From positions 1-41,495 of IMG/VR virus record IMGVR_UViG_3300022179_000816: DNA of 41,495 nucleotides; one strand, given 5' to 3'. The position numbers and the translations under genes are program-made. Positions 26,924-35,379 of this stretch are shown piece after piece; position 1 is the first letter of the stretch; the number at the start of each line of letters is the position of its first letter. The notes under the pieces are model-generated. The model had not been told where the DNA came from. It ran no database searches and saw only the letters and a program-made list of their open reading frames with translations. This stretch comes from a virus. Lineage: Duplodnaviria > Caudoviricetes.

Positions 26924-27101
26924 TATAGATTTTCCGTTCCATGAACTCTACTAGTGACCGAACGTAGTTGGCATTGACGCACGCTGGGATGTAAAACTTA
27001 CAGGGCCACCAAACCCGCTCTCCCTTCTTCGCGAAGGCGATCACCGCGACTTTGTTTGTCTCGAAATGAGAAAACCTGATGTCGAGTGGCCTAGTGGCCA
27101 T
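26907..27101 (-). CDS. hypothetical protein
   Basis: 64 aa; fills the gap upstream of the polymerase; GGGAG upstream. Confidence 0.5.
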   Translation of the reverse strand: MATRPLDIRFSHFETNKVAVIAFAKKGERVWWPCKFYIPACVNANYVRSLVEFMERKIYNADAW

Positions 27102-27122
27102 ACCCTGCGCTCCCTGCCCTAC

Positions 27123-27238
27123 GCCCGCCCGCGCGGGCGGGCCGCCGTGGCCCCTGGCCGCCTACGCCGCTATATAGGTAGCGGGCGGGGCCAGGGGCCG
27201 TCCGTAGTGCCCTCCCGAGGCGACGTAAGGAGGGCACA
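27123..27238. repeat. structured repeat element, copy 2 (three hairpins)
   Basis: GCCCGCCC/GGGCGGGC; GGCCCCTGGCC..CGCTA-TATAGG-TAGCG..GGCCAGGGGCC; GTGCCCTCC/GGAGGGCAC. Confidence 0.75.
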
Positions 27239-27246
27239 GGCGGAGG

Positions 27247-28098
27247 CTAGATTTCCTTCTCGTCGGCGACCGACTTGTCCATCGATCCTTGAGCTTCCGC
27301 GACAGCCGTCTCTTCGTCGGCCGCACGGTAATCCTTGAACCGTTCAGCGAGTTGCTGGCAACCCTCGAACTGCTCATGGGTCGCCCAGCCGTTGCGGACA
27401 AAGCTGTAGTTGTTGTAATCGCCCTCCGCGCCGGTGTCTACGACGACGCCCATCCGGAACCGGAGGGACTGCATCGGCTTCTTCGCGAACTCGATCTTGC
27501 CGTTGAGTTCGCGGGCCTTCTTCGCCTGCGAGCGGGCCAGCGACAACAGGACCGGCGACTGTTCCGGGAAATCCGGCAGATAGACCAGATACTCATAGAA
27601 CAGCGTCGCCGCCGGATTGCTGTCGGGGTTCTCCGGGTCCTGGGAGCCGAATTCGCCCAGTCCGCTTTCACGGACAGTGGGCTTGGTCTCCCACTTCACG
27701 GTGCCGCGACGCCCCTTGATGGTGACGTCCCAGGAGCCGTTCGGCGGGACCCAGTGAATGCCGTCGTCGGCGCGGGCCATAATGCCCTTCGGCGTCTGGC
27801 CCATCTGCGCCATCAGCAGGTAGCGCTTCCGATTGCTGATCGGAATGAAGTCGAGAACGTTGCCGAGCGGCATATCGGCGACGGTGAGCCAAAAGTCGCC
27901 AGCTTTGGCGTTTTCGAACTCGGTGACTTCCGGGCTGATGGCCTGGAGAAGCTTGATCCTGGGAACCAGGAAATCGCTCATGTCCAGGCCCTGGAGGCCC
28001 GAGCCCTGTTGATTGTCGCGCAGGTAGTCGGGAACCTGGGCGCTGTCGTCCAGGGTCGCGACGTTGGTCTTGTCTTGCTTTACGGGTGCTTTAGCCAC
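27247..28098 (-). CDS. probable single-stranded DNA-binding protein
   Basis: 'DFLVPRIKLLQAISPEV' N-terminal motif, aromatic beta core, acidic C-terminal tail, upstream of the polymerase. Confidence 0.6.
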   Translation of the reverse strand: MAKAPVKQDKTNVATLDDSAQVPDYLRDNQQGSGLQGLDMSDFLVPRIKLLQAISPEVTEFENAKAGDFWLTVADMPLGNVLDFIPISNRKRYLLMAQMGQTPKGIMARADDGIHWVPPNGSWDVTIKGRRGTVKWETKPTVRESGLGEFGSQDPENPDSNPAATLFYEYLVYLPDFPEQSPVLLSLARSQAKKARELNGKIEFAKKPMQSLRFRMGVVVDTGAEGDYNNYSFVRNGWATHEQFEGCQQLAERFKDYRAADEETAVAEAQGSMDKSVADEKEI

Positions 28099-28199
28099 GT
28101 TCAGGTATCCTTGGTTTGCGTTCTTTCAAAGTGCCGGTCAGCCCCGGCTTTCTCACCACTTACGGGCAGGTGACGCCCCTATCATCCACCCTCGGCGGA

Positions 28200-28589
28200 T
28201 TACTTGTTTTGAAAGTCGCTCCTGATCCGGTTATGTTCTAACATAGCGAACGCGAACAACGGCCATAGCTGGCGAAACGCGTTCTCATAGGCGAGTTGGC
28301 GACCTAGTTCTTCGTTAAAGTTTTCAGGCGACGCAGGGGCCGAATGACCGATCACCGTGAAGCCCGCCTTAGTAGTTAGCACGCAGACGGTGTGGTGATC
28401 GAAAACGTGATGCACGTCGTCCGGAGTGAAGCCAATGCCATGGTCAATGTTGCGCTGGTCGTCGACTAACGCATCACTGATTTGGAACCAGCCTTTGACA
28501 GCGATCTGACTCTCGATAAACTCTTTCGAGATGCGAGGCGCAATGGCCACAGATGCAGAAGCGTTTTCGGTGACCTGTAGACTATCCAT
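28200..28589 (-). CDS. N4 Gp49 / Sf6 Gp66 family protein
   Basis: 'TVCVLTTKAGFTVIGHSAPASPENFNEELGRQLAYENAFRQLWPL'; start reassigned. Confidence 0.85.
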   Translation of the reverse strand: MDSLQVTENASASVAIAPRISKEFIESQIAVKGWFQISDALVDDQRNIDHGIGFTPDDVHHVFDHHTVCVLTTKAGFTVIGHSAPASPENFNEELGRQLAYENAFRQLWPLFAFAMLEHNRIRSDFQNK

Positions 28590-28661
28590 GGTTTTGTTTC
28601 CGTGCCTTTGCCAAAAGGTGAGGGTCCTCTCACTAGGCGCGTAAGAGGACCAACGCGTCAT

Positions 28662-29144
28662 CTACTTGACCTTGGTGGCGCTCGTGAACGGCGCGTAGCT
28701 GGTGTTGAAGAGTTCAGGAGGAACCTCCATCCCGTCATCCTCGATGCGCTTCTTCACGGCACTGGAGAGGGTCTGCGCGTTGACGGTGGGCTTGATCAGG
28801 TCGCCCAGCCCATTCTCTTTGAGCCACTTCATCCCCGCATCGGGGTCGGGCATCGAGCAGGAGAACCGCTGGCTGACGGTGAACCGATAGCCGAGGCTGT
28901 CGAGGGTGATGGTCTTGGTGTCGTGTTCTGCCATCATTTCCGGCAGGGTTTGCCGGGAGAGGCTTTCAAGCGCTGCGTAAACCCGCTTACGCTGCTCGTC
29001 GAAGGCCTCGTATTCGTCCTTACTGGCCTTCCAGAAGGTTAGCGCCTCGGGCAAACCGCCCTTGCGCACCACCTTGATGACTTCCTCCAACTCGTTCGCC
29101 AGAGCGGTGAGTTGCGTGGTAGGAAGCGTTAGGGGATCGTGCAT
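28662..29144 (-). CDS. conserved phage replication-region protein
   Basis: 'LPEMM', 'WLKENGLGDLIKPTVNAQTLSSAVK'; GAGGA RBS before ATG 29144. Confidence 0.75.
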   Translation of the reverse strand: MHDPLTLPTTQLTALANELEEVIKVVRKGGLPEALTFWKASKDEYEAFDEQRKRVYAALESLSRQTLPEMMAEHDTKTITLDSLGYRFTVSQRFSCSMPDPDAGMKWLKENGLGDLIKPTVNAQTLSSAVKKRIEDDGMEVPPELFNTSYAPFTSATKVK

Positions 29145-29192
29145 TCGCTGTTCCTCATTCTGCGATACTAGGCGCATGCGCCTCGACCCAGG

Positions 29193-29221
29193 AGCGTACC
29201 ATGGTGGTACTACGCTGTCAA
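29193..29221 (-). promoter_or_regulatory. sigma70-like promoter of the replication/Z operon
   Basis: TTGACA-17-TACGCT with ATGG (extended -10). Confidence 0.75.
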
Positions 29222-29230
29222 CGGGCATAG

Positions 29231-29262
29231 AAAAGGCCCCGGAACGAATGCCCCGGGGCCTC
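29231..29262 (-). terminator. rho-independent terminator
   Basis: AGGCCCCGG/CCGGGGCCT stem followed by TTTT on the - strand. Confidence 0.75.
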
Positions 29263-29285
29263 TGGTAGAGATTGCTGGCGCCGAA

Positions 29286-29690
29286 TTAAGCGGGCTCAGT
29301 GCCCGGTTCGAGAGGCGCTTCCGGCTCTTCGACTTCGCCGTCGCTGTCGTCATTGGCGTCGATGGCGGCCAGGACTTGGTCGACTTCGGACTCGATCCGC
29401 GAGCGGGCGGTTTCGATCAGGTCGGCGGCCATATCGGCGTCGACGTTGGCAGATTCCAGGGCATCGGTCACGGCGGCAGCCACGACGTCGGGAATGCCCT
29501 GAACATAGGCTTCGATGGAATCGAGCTTCCCGACGGTCAACTCGGTTGTGGAGGTGAGAGCGGCAACAGCCGCCAGCAGTTTCGCGGTCATGGCGTGAAC
29601 TTCCTTAAGGAGGTTGAGAGTGCCGGGGTCCGGGGTGGGCGGTTCCGGGTAGAAGAAATGGTGGTGATGTTCCACGGCGATCTTAAACAC
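29286..29690 (-). CDS. acidic coiled-coil hypothetical protein (monocistronic)
   Basis: AAGGGAG RBS before GTG 29690; HHHH near the N-terminus; possible second start MTAK with its own RBS. Confidence 0.65.
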   Translation of the reverse strand: MFKIAVEHHHHFFYPEPPTPDPGTLNLLKEVHAMTAKLLAAVAALTSTTELTVGKLDSIEAYVQGIPDVVAAAVTDALESANVDADMAADLIETARSRIESEVDQVLAAIDANDDSDGEVEEPEAPLEPGTEPA

Positions 29691-29715
29691 GGTGCGCTCC
29701 CTTGCTAGGCGCACT

Positions 29716-29744
29716 ACCCTACCACGCGGGCGCGGGGGCGTCTA
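29716..29744 (-). promoter_or_regulatory. sigma70-like promoter (weaker match)
   Basis: TAGACG-17-TAGGGT with GTGG. Confidence 0.45.
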
Positions 29745-29749
29745 GACCC

Positions 29750-29788
29750 AAATACGAAGCGACCCCGGCTCGGGGGAACCGGGGTCGC
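29750..29788 (-). terminator. probable terminator
   Basis: GCGACCCCGG/CCGGGGTCGC 10-bp stem followed by TTCGTATTT on the - strand. Confidence 0.65.
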
Positions 29789-29810
29789 CAGGACGGTGAA
29801 GTCGGTGGGC

Positions 29811-30392
29811 CTACTTCGTCTTACCGCCCTTGCCCGCGTCGGCGGCGGGTTCATCAGCCTTGGGCTTGTCGGCCTTCGGCGTGGCGATCTTCTCGCCGGT
29901 CTGAGTGTGGGTCGGCTTGGCGTCGGCTTCCAGGCCGCACTTGGCCAGGAATTCCGGCGGAGCCGAAACGAACTTGCCGTCCAGGCCGACGAGCCCGTGG
30001 CGTTGCTTCACGACCTTCTGCAGCATGTTCCGGATGGTCATCCGGAAGCGGCCAGCGAAGCCGTGGTTTTCGCGCTGGCTGTCGTACTTGACCACGTCCA
30101 GGCCATTCGACTTGGCGAGACCGAACAGCTTGTCGATGTCGACGCCGTCGGGGCGGTTCTCGGACTTGGTGATCTTCTCGTCCGGGTTCTCGGGGTTCGG
30201 GACCGTGACCTTCACCTCGCGGGTCTTGGTGGCCACGCCTTCCAGATAGGTGGCGAGCCAGTCCTTGGTCGCGCCCTTATACCGATCACGGTACTTGGAG
30301 TTGACGATGGACTTCACGGTGGTTTCCGAGGCAGCCGGGGCCGCAGCGGGGGTCTTGGTGGGGGCGGCCTTGGCCGCAGCAGCTTTCGCCAT
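29811..30392 (-). CDS. Lys/Ala-rich protein with GRFRMTIRNML domain (paralog A)
   Basis: GGAGA RBS, ATG 30392; strongly biased codons; shares a domain with 38978-39907. Confidence 0.8.
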   Translation of the reverse strand: MAKAAAAKAAPTKTPAAAPAASETTVKSIVNSKYRDRYKGATKDWLATYLEGVATKTREVKVTVPNPENPDEKITKSENRPDGVDIDKLFGLAKSNGLDVVKYDSQRENHGFAGRFRMTIRNMLQKVVKQRHGLVGLDGKFVSAPPEFLAKCGLEADAKPTHTQTGEKIATPKADKPKADEPAADAGKGGKTK

Positions 30393-30430
30393 GGTAGTAT
30401 CTCCGGGGTTGCGTGTCAAAAGACCCGCAT

Positions 30431-30459
30431 ACTTAACCATGCCTCTAGGGCCGCGTCAA
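30431..30459 (-). promoter_or_regulatory. sigma70-like promoter
   Basis: TTGACG-17-TTAAGT with ATGG. Confidence 0.6.
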
Positions 30460-31034
30460 GTTTTACCGGCTTTTCCGATGGCCATGGCGTCCTTATTCGC
30501 CGCGATCTGCCGAATGGAGACCTGGACCCCCTTGGCCACAGTGTCAATCAGGTCGGCTTGCGCGCTCACAGGAAGCTGGGCCACGTCCAGCGACGTATGG
30601 GTTTGCAGTTCAAACGCTGCGACATGCTCCTGCCAAGTGCACAGCCTTACGAAATTCCGATGTACCTTGACGCTAACCCACTTGCCTTCCCACATTTTCT
30701 TCTGTGGGACGTTGTACGCTCTTGTCTGCTGCGCGCGACCCACGACATGAAGAAACGGAGACATAGTGACGAAGAAATCCAGGTCGCTGGCGGGTTTCGG
30801 CAGTTGCTCCGGGAAATCTCTAAAGAACGCACTCTCCAGATACGGCGGCAAATAGGTCTCTTCGAACCACGCCTTGTAGTCGAGCAGCAGGGCTTGCTTG
30901 GCTACGGCCTTCGGCCACGTATCCTCGGGGTTGTCGTCCCGAAGTTTTACGTTATATCCGACGAGCCATAGCGCCTCAAGGCCCAGGGGCTTTCGGGCCT
31001 TGAGGCGCTCCCGCCAATAGGGTATCACGGCCAT
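30456..31034 (-). CDS. hypothetical protein resembling the primase-helicase C-terminal domain
   Basis: 'WPKAVAKQALLLDYKAW' versus primase 'WPDRVIPASIEQDFKSF'. Confidence 0.65.
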   Translation of the reverse strand: MAVIPYWRERLKARKPLGLEALWLVGYNVKLRDDNPEDTWPKAVAKQALLLDYKAWFEETYLPPYLESAFFRDFPEQLPKPASDLDFFVTMSPFLHVVGRAQQTRAYNVPQKKMWEGKWVSVKVHRNFVRLCTWQEHVAAFELQTHTSLDVAQLPVSAQADLIDTVAKGVQVSIRQIAANKDAMAIGKAGKT

Positions 31035-31328
31035 TTACGGTCCCTTAGGTTGGCCGAAGCGGTCAAGATGCTCCGCGCCCTTTAGATGAAAGTACCCGTG
31101 TTCCTTGGCCGCTCGTTCTTGAAGGATCTGCATTCGAACGACCACGTCAGCCCCGAGTTCGTCGATAGCCGTCCGGGTTATCTGCCCGTCGTAATCTGGC
31201 AGGATACCAGAGTATCGCTCGAACAGGTGGCGGCCATAGTGATAAGCCGTTCCGACTTTGTCATCAGGGACGTTAAAGTCTTGGATCACGGCATACACCG
31301 GGAAGCTAGTAGAGTTACGACTAACCAT
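31035..31328 (-). CDS. hypothetical protein
   Basis: 97 aa; abuts the primase stop and the next gene start. Confidence 0.6.
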   Translation of the reverse strand: MVSRNSTSFPVYAVIQDFNVPDDKVGTAYHYGRHLFERYSGILPDYDGQITRTAIDELGADVVVRMQILQERAAKEHGYFHLKGAEHLDRFGQPKGP

Positions 31329-33766
31329 TAGAATTCCTCCTCCACCTCTTGTGGTTCCTCAACTTCCGCACCGGGCGGGAATGACTCCATTTCCTCATGT
31401 AGAAGGTCGATCATCGGCCCATAGCGGTGACGCAGATGCGTGAGTATTTGTTCGGCGGACGGCCAGGAGTAAAGCCTAACTCGATCTTGGGTCGCTTGGC
31501 CGGACCTGGGATCGATGGTTCGAACCGACATCTGGGTCTTTGGCCCCATGATCCCAGGAGGCAGGACCCGGCGTATATTCTCCATAACCGACCCGCTGTA
31601 GATAGGCCGCCCCTGCTCGCGTACGAAGGACTTAAAGTCCTGTTCGATGGACGCCGGGATCACGCGATCTGGCCACTGGTCTCGACGGCGAACGTTGTTC
31701 TTCTTGTCCGCCTCGGTGATATGCTCGGTATGGAACCCTTGATACCACTGTTCGTGGAGACGTTCTGCGATCGGGAACCCGCTGGCGATCCGCGACAGTA
31801 TCCACGACACTTCGACGTCGACCCCATCCCGCTGAATTTCTTGCTTGGCGGCGGTTTCGATGGGCCGCTGGATCAGCCTGCGGTCGTACTTGTAGTCCAG
31901 CAGCCAGCGCATGATCTTCGGGAGAGCGCTGGGGGTCCACAAGTGCATGAACGACCAATAGTTCAGGTCCATCGCCTTGCTTGCCGAGACCTTGATCACC
32001 GAGAACCTGCGTTCATATGGCGACGGGTCGATGAACATTGCTCTAGTCTCTTCATTCGACGTAAAGAGCAACCGCATATGGTTCGGCTTCTGATAGGCGT
32101 TCACGCCCTTCGGCTCGATAGTGATGCTGCCGTCCGAAATTACCGACTTGAGACGCGAGGCTACGTCTTTCTGATACGAATGGATCGCTTCATCGCACTG
32201 GATGAAAATCTTGTTGTCGATCACGGTGTTGAACTTGTCGGTAAGCTTGGTGATGTCCTTGATCTGGGCGTAGTGGCTCCCGCCGACTATCTTGCCCATG
32301 ATATGCTCACCCAGGAAGGTCTTACCCGCGCCCTGGACCCCTACCAACACTAGTGCCGTGCCGGGCTTGCTGCCGGGCCACTGGACCATGTCGGCCAGCC
32401 ACCCCATCACCCATTCGTAATGCTCCTCATTGCCTGAGCAGATCACCTCACGTATGTAGGTTATGAAGGGCTCGACCTGTTCGTCCAGCACTCTCTGTTC
32501 AGCGGGCTCTACGCCCCAGCCCTTCCACTGGTTGACCATCAGGCCCTCTTTGGTGACTACTAACAGTTCATTGGTCGAAGGGTCGAATGTGAGACCCCTT
32601 ACGCGGTTGATGATGCTGCTGTTAAACAGCATGTCCACCATCTTGATTTTCTTGTCACCGATGATGATATTCTTGCCGCCCATCGACGCGCGGGCCTGGA
32701 AAGATGTCATCCAGGGGATACCCGACCCTGATGTCACCATTTCAAGGTCGATGATCACGCCGGGTCCGTACCACATTACGAACTGCTCGGCCAGCTTCTC
32801 TATCTGCTCGGCGGCGTCGTTGTCGCTAAGTAGACGATAAAGAGCGCGGACAACACGAGGACCGACTGGATCACCAATAAGCTCAGCCAGGACTTTCCCG
32901 CCCGTGACCTTGGCTCCAACCTCTGCGTCCAGCTTTTTCCAGGTGTTGTGGAGGTTAAGTAGCCTGGATCGCTTATCGTCTTCGCTGTCTCCGGCCAGAA
33001 GCATGATGCATTTAAATAGAGCGGTGGCATCGTCTTCTCCGAGGACAAATACACCATCTGGAGCATCTTCATTGGGTTCGAGACCGTAGGCGGCTCGGGT
33101 GCTGGTCCGAATCCTCCAGAGGGTGCCAGCGAGCGCAAGAGATAGGTCGTTTCTTGATCCCTCCACCCAGTATTGTGCCACAATAGACGCCGCAATGGCG
33201 AGCCGTACTGCTTTAACAAGAACTGGAAGTTCGACGTAGGAACCTCCGATAGTAGGGTCAATTTCACTGTCCCATTCGACCTGCTCTCCACTTGGATGCC
33301 TAGACCCAGGCAGCACCGAGAACAGTCCATTCTCAGGCTTTCCTCCTCTAAGTTCCACTGAGTAGGAATCATCATCGATGGTTCCCTTTCCGAGGCCCTT
33401 GATATAACGTAACGTGGGGCCATAGGGTCCTCGATCAAAATCTTCGTGGAGGGCATATACCCGGTGAGATCGGCGCTTAGACTTCCTTCCCCAAACATAG
33501 GGAGTTCTAGGAAGGAAGTAGTCCAACGCTCCGTGAAGAGTTGGAGCAGTGCTGTCCACGTCGACATCGATGTATCTTCCGGAGAACAGAGCGCCGATGT
33601 TGAGTTCGGGCTCCCTGGCGAGTTCCGCCAGCACTAGCGAATGGTCGCCCACAGTTGCGGTACGCGGGTCCCACTCGGGAAACGGGTCCTTCTGGCCTGG
33701 GCGCACCTTTACGGGGATCAGGGCCGTCGACGTCAAGAACTTGAGCGAGGTAGCGCGATGATCCAT
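31328..33766 (-). CDS. primase-polymerase (PrimPol/AEP) fused to SF3 helicase (DUF5906 / NrS-1-like)
   Basis: N-terminal IDVDVD, SHRVY, PGSRHPSG; 'EGSRND'; Walker A GVQGAGKT, Walker B IQCDE, motif C FTSN, ERRF. Confidence 0.88.
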   Translation of the reverse strand: MDHRATSLKFLTSTALIPVKVRPGQKDPFPEWDPRTATVGDHSLVLAELAREPELNIGALFSGRYIDVDVDSTAPTLHGALDYFLPRTPYVWGRKSKRRSHRVYALHEDFDRGPYGPTLRYIKGLGKGTIDDDSYSVELRGGKPENGLFSVLPGSRHPSGEQVEWDSEIDPTIGGSYVELPVLVKAVRLAIAASIVAQYWVEGSRNDLSLALAGTLWRIRTSTRAAYGLEPNEDAPDGVFVLGEDDATALFKCIMLLAGDSEDDKRSRLLNLHNTWKKLDAEVGAKVTGGKVLAELIGDPVGPRVVRALYRLLSDNDAAEQIEKLAEQFVMWYGPGVIIDLEMVTSGSGIPWMTSFQARASMGGKNIIIGDKKIKMVDMLFNSSIINRVRGLTFDPSTNELLVVTKEGLMVNQWKGWGVEPAEQRVLDEQVEPFITYIREVICSGNEEHYEWVMGWLADMVQWPGSKPGTALVLVGVQGAGKTFLGEHIMGKIVGGSHYAQIKDITKLTDKFNTVIDNKIFIQCDEAIHSYQKDVASRLKSVISDGSITIEPKGVNAYQKPNHMRLLFTSNEETRAMFIDPSPYERRFSVIKVSASKAMDLNYWSFMHLWTPSALPKIMRWLLDYKYDRRLIQRPIETAAKQEIQRDGVDVEVSWILSRIASGFPIAERLHEQWYQGFHTEHITEADKKNNVRRRDQWPDRVIPASIEQDFKSFVREQGRPIYSGSVMENIRRVLPPGIMGPKTQMSVRTIDPRSGQATQDRVRLYSWPSAEQILTHLRHRYGPMIDLLHEEMESFPPGAEVEEPQEVEEEF

Positions 33767-33768
33767 CG

Positions 33769-34002
33769 TCAGGCCAGGAAATTCTTAGGATCGGCGACCC
33801 AAGCGCCCGCGTCTTCTAGGCGTTCCTTACAGTCGAAGCACGAGACCTGCGACATTTTGTCGGTTAGTTGGCCGTGTCGCGACACTTTTTCAGTGCCTGT
33901 GGGGTCGCAAGCGGGGACCGCGCGATCGCCTGTCCAGGTCTTATAGTGCACGCGGCGAATGATGAACGGCTTATGCCGCTTTTTCTTCTTGAGAAGACCC
34001 AA
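33769..34002 (-). CDS. small H-C-CxxC zinc-finger protein
   Basis: 'VHY...PAC...VSCFDC'; first gene after the 34036 promoter; TTG start. Confidence 0.6.
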   Translation of the reverse strand: MGLLKKKKRHKPFIIRRVHYKTWTGDRAVPACDPTGTEKVSRHGQLTDKMSQVSCFDCKERLEDAGAWVADPKNFLA

Positions 34003-34035
34003 GGGATACCCCTAAACACTGCTACCCGACCAGCC

Positions 34036-34064
34036 AGCGTACCATGGTGCTAGTACGCTGGCAA
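34036..34064 (-). promoter_or_regulatory. sigma70-like promoter of the primase operon
   Basis: TTGCCA-17-TACGCT; spacer closely similar to that of the 29193 promoter. Confidence 0.75.
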
Positions 34065-34065
34065 G

Positions 34066-34389
34066 TCACCCCCCTATTGTACGGAGAAACTCACTGAAGT
34101 CTTCGGCAGTCTCCGCGAGGCCCTGATCGGTAGTGATGTCGCGCCCTTCGGACTCCCCGAGGGTGGCGAATGCCTCGTCGATCACCTGCAACACGGGATA
34201 CCCGGCCAGGAGCAGCGCTGTAAAAGTGTTCTGCGTCTGCTGCAAATTTCCCGAGACCCGGTGGATGGATGCACAATTCGGGCACAGGAAATTGAGCCGA
34301 TATCGGGCTTCGGTCGAAAGGACGCCGATGGCAGGAGGTCCCTCGGCCCATTTCGCGTGGAATTGGTCGTCTCGTTCGCGAGAAGTCAT
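34066..34389 (-). CDS. hypothetical protein (CPNC motif)
   Basis: ATGA overlap at 34386-34389. Confidence 0.55.
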   Translation of the reverse strand: MTSRERDDQFHAKWAEGPPAIGVLSTEARYRLNFLCPNCASIHRVSGNLQQTQNTFTALLLAGYPVLQVIDEAFATLGESEGRDITTDQGLAETAEDFSEFLRTIGG

Positions 34390-34562
34390 CTGCTTTTCCT
34401 TATCGCCTTTAAGCACTCAGGGCACGTGACCCGGAGCATTTCGGTTGTTTCCGTGCGGTCCTTGTGGTGGTTGCCGCATATTGCGCCGGGGAGGCCCTGG
34501 CCGTAATGGACCTTGCCGTTTTCGCCGACGAGAGTGTTCGCCCAGCGGGGTTGCTCAGACAT
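34386..34562 (-). CDS. small H-C-CxxC zinc-finger protein (58 aa, not in the ORF track)
   Basis: MSEQPRW...KVHYGQGLPGAICG...VTCPECLKAIRKSR; overlaps both neighbours; GAGG RBS. Confidence 0.7.
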   Translation of the reverse strand: MSEQPRWANTLVGENGKVHYGQGLPGAICGNHHKDRTETTEMLRVTCPECLKAIRKSR

Positions 34563-34779
34563 CGAAAGGCCTCACTCCTTGGGCGATCAGCTTGACCCGG
34601 ATCGCCCTAAATTTCTCCATCGTCGTGACTAGTTTTTCTAGCCCAGGCCTCTTGAGCCCACCTTGCCCTAACAGGCTGAGCGCAAAGAAGATGTTCTTGT
34701 CGCAGTTCTCCAACAAGAACTTGGCCTGTTCGGGGTCTAGTTCTAGGGTCACCGTAGTCGGTGGGTTATTTGACGCCAT
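34555..34779 (-). CDS. hypothetical protein
   Basis: 74 aa; coupled overlaps; GGAG RBS. Confidence 0.6.
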   Translation of the reverse strand: MASNNPPTTVTLELDPEQAKFLLENCDKNIFFALSLLGQGGLKRPGLEKLVTTMEKFRAIRVKLIAQGVRPFDV

Positions 34780-35125
34780 GGAGCAACTCCGCTACTGTTA
34801 TCCAGGATTGGACGTGGGACACTGGAAATTCTATGGTAGCATCCTGGCCCCATCTGGCCACGCAATGCGCCTTGAACTTCTGATAGTGCCGCCGTGTTAG
34901 CTCTTCATCGCCTTTGCTTGCGTAGTATAGCATCGCAAACGCTAACTGAGCAGGTCCCGATCCCTCATAGCCCCATTCGAATCCGGTAGGCGAATGGTTG
35001 CATAGGTTATAGCAGGGATCAAGCTCTTGAGAATCGCAGCCCTTAACCACCATTACCCTGCAGTCATCGTCGTCTCGAAAGCCGACGAACGTGGGCTCTT
35101 CCGCCCCGCGAGTTTTCTTAGACAT
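34766..35125 (-). CDS. DUF6166-like protein
   Basis: 'NHSPTGFEWGYEGSGPAQLAFAML'. Confidence 0.75.
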   Translation of the reverse strand: MSKKTRGAEEPTFVGFRDDDDCRVMVVKGCDSQELDPCYNLCNHSPTGFEWGYEGSGPAQLAFAMLYYASKGDEELTRRHYQKFKAHCVARWGQDATIEFPVSHVQSWITVAELLHGVK

Positions 35126-35378
35126 CAGTCATCCCTGCTATCTTGACCGCAACCAGCTTACCGCCGATCCCGGTCTGCTTTTTCTCCGCCGCCCACGTGA
35201 GGAGTTGGGTGCCTATGTCATATCCATAGCGAAGATTCGCGATGCCTACGGCATAGGGCGCGCGATACCCGCCCCTGCGGTTCAGGGCCACATGGAAGAC
35301 CATGTAGCTCTCGATCAGTTCAGCGGAACCCTCGCTGCGAGATAGAGCAACAATATCAGCGCCATCCATGACAGCCAT
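35118..35378 (-). CDS. hypothetical protein
   Basis: 86 aa; fills the operon gap. Confidence 0.55.
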   Translation of the reverse strand: MAVMDGADIVALSRSEGSAELIESYMVFHVALNRRGGYRAPYAVGIANLRYGYDIGTQLLTWAAEKKQTGIGGKLVAVKIAGMTDV

Positions 35379-35379
35379 T

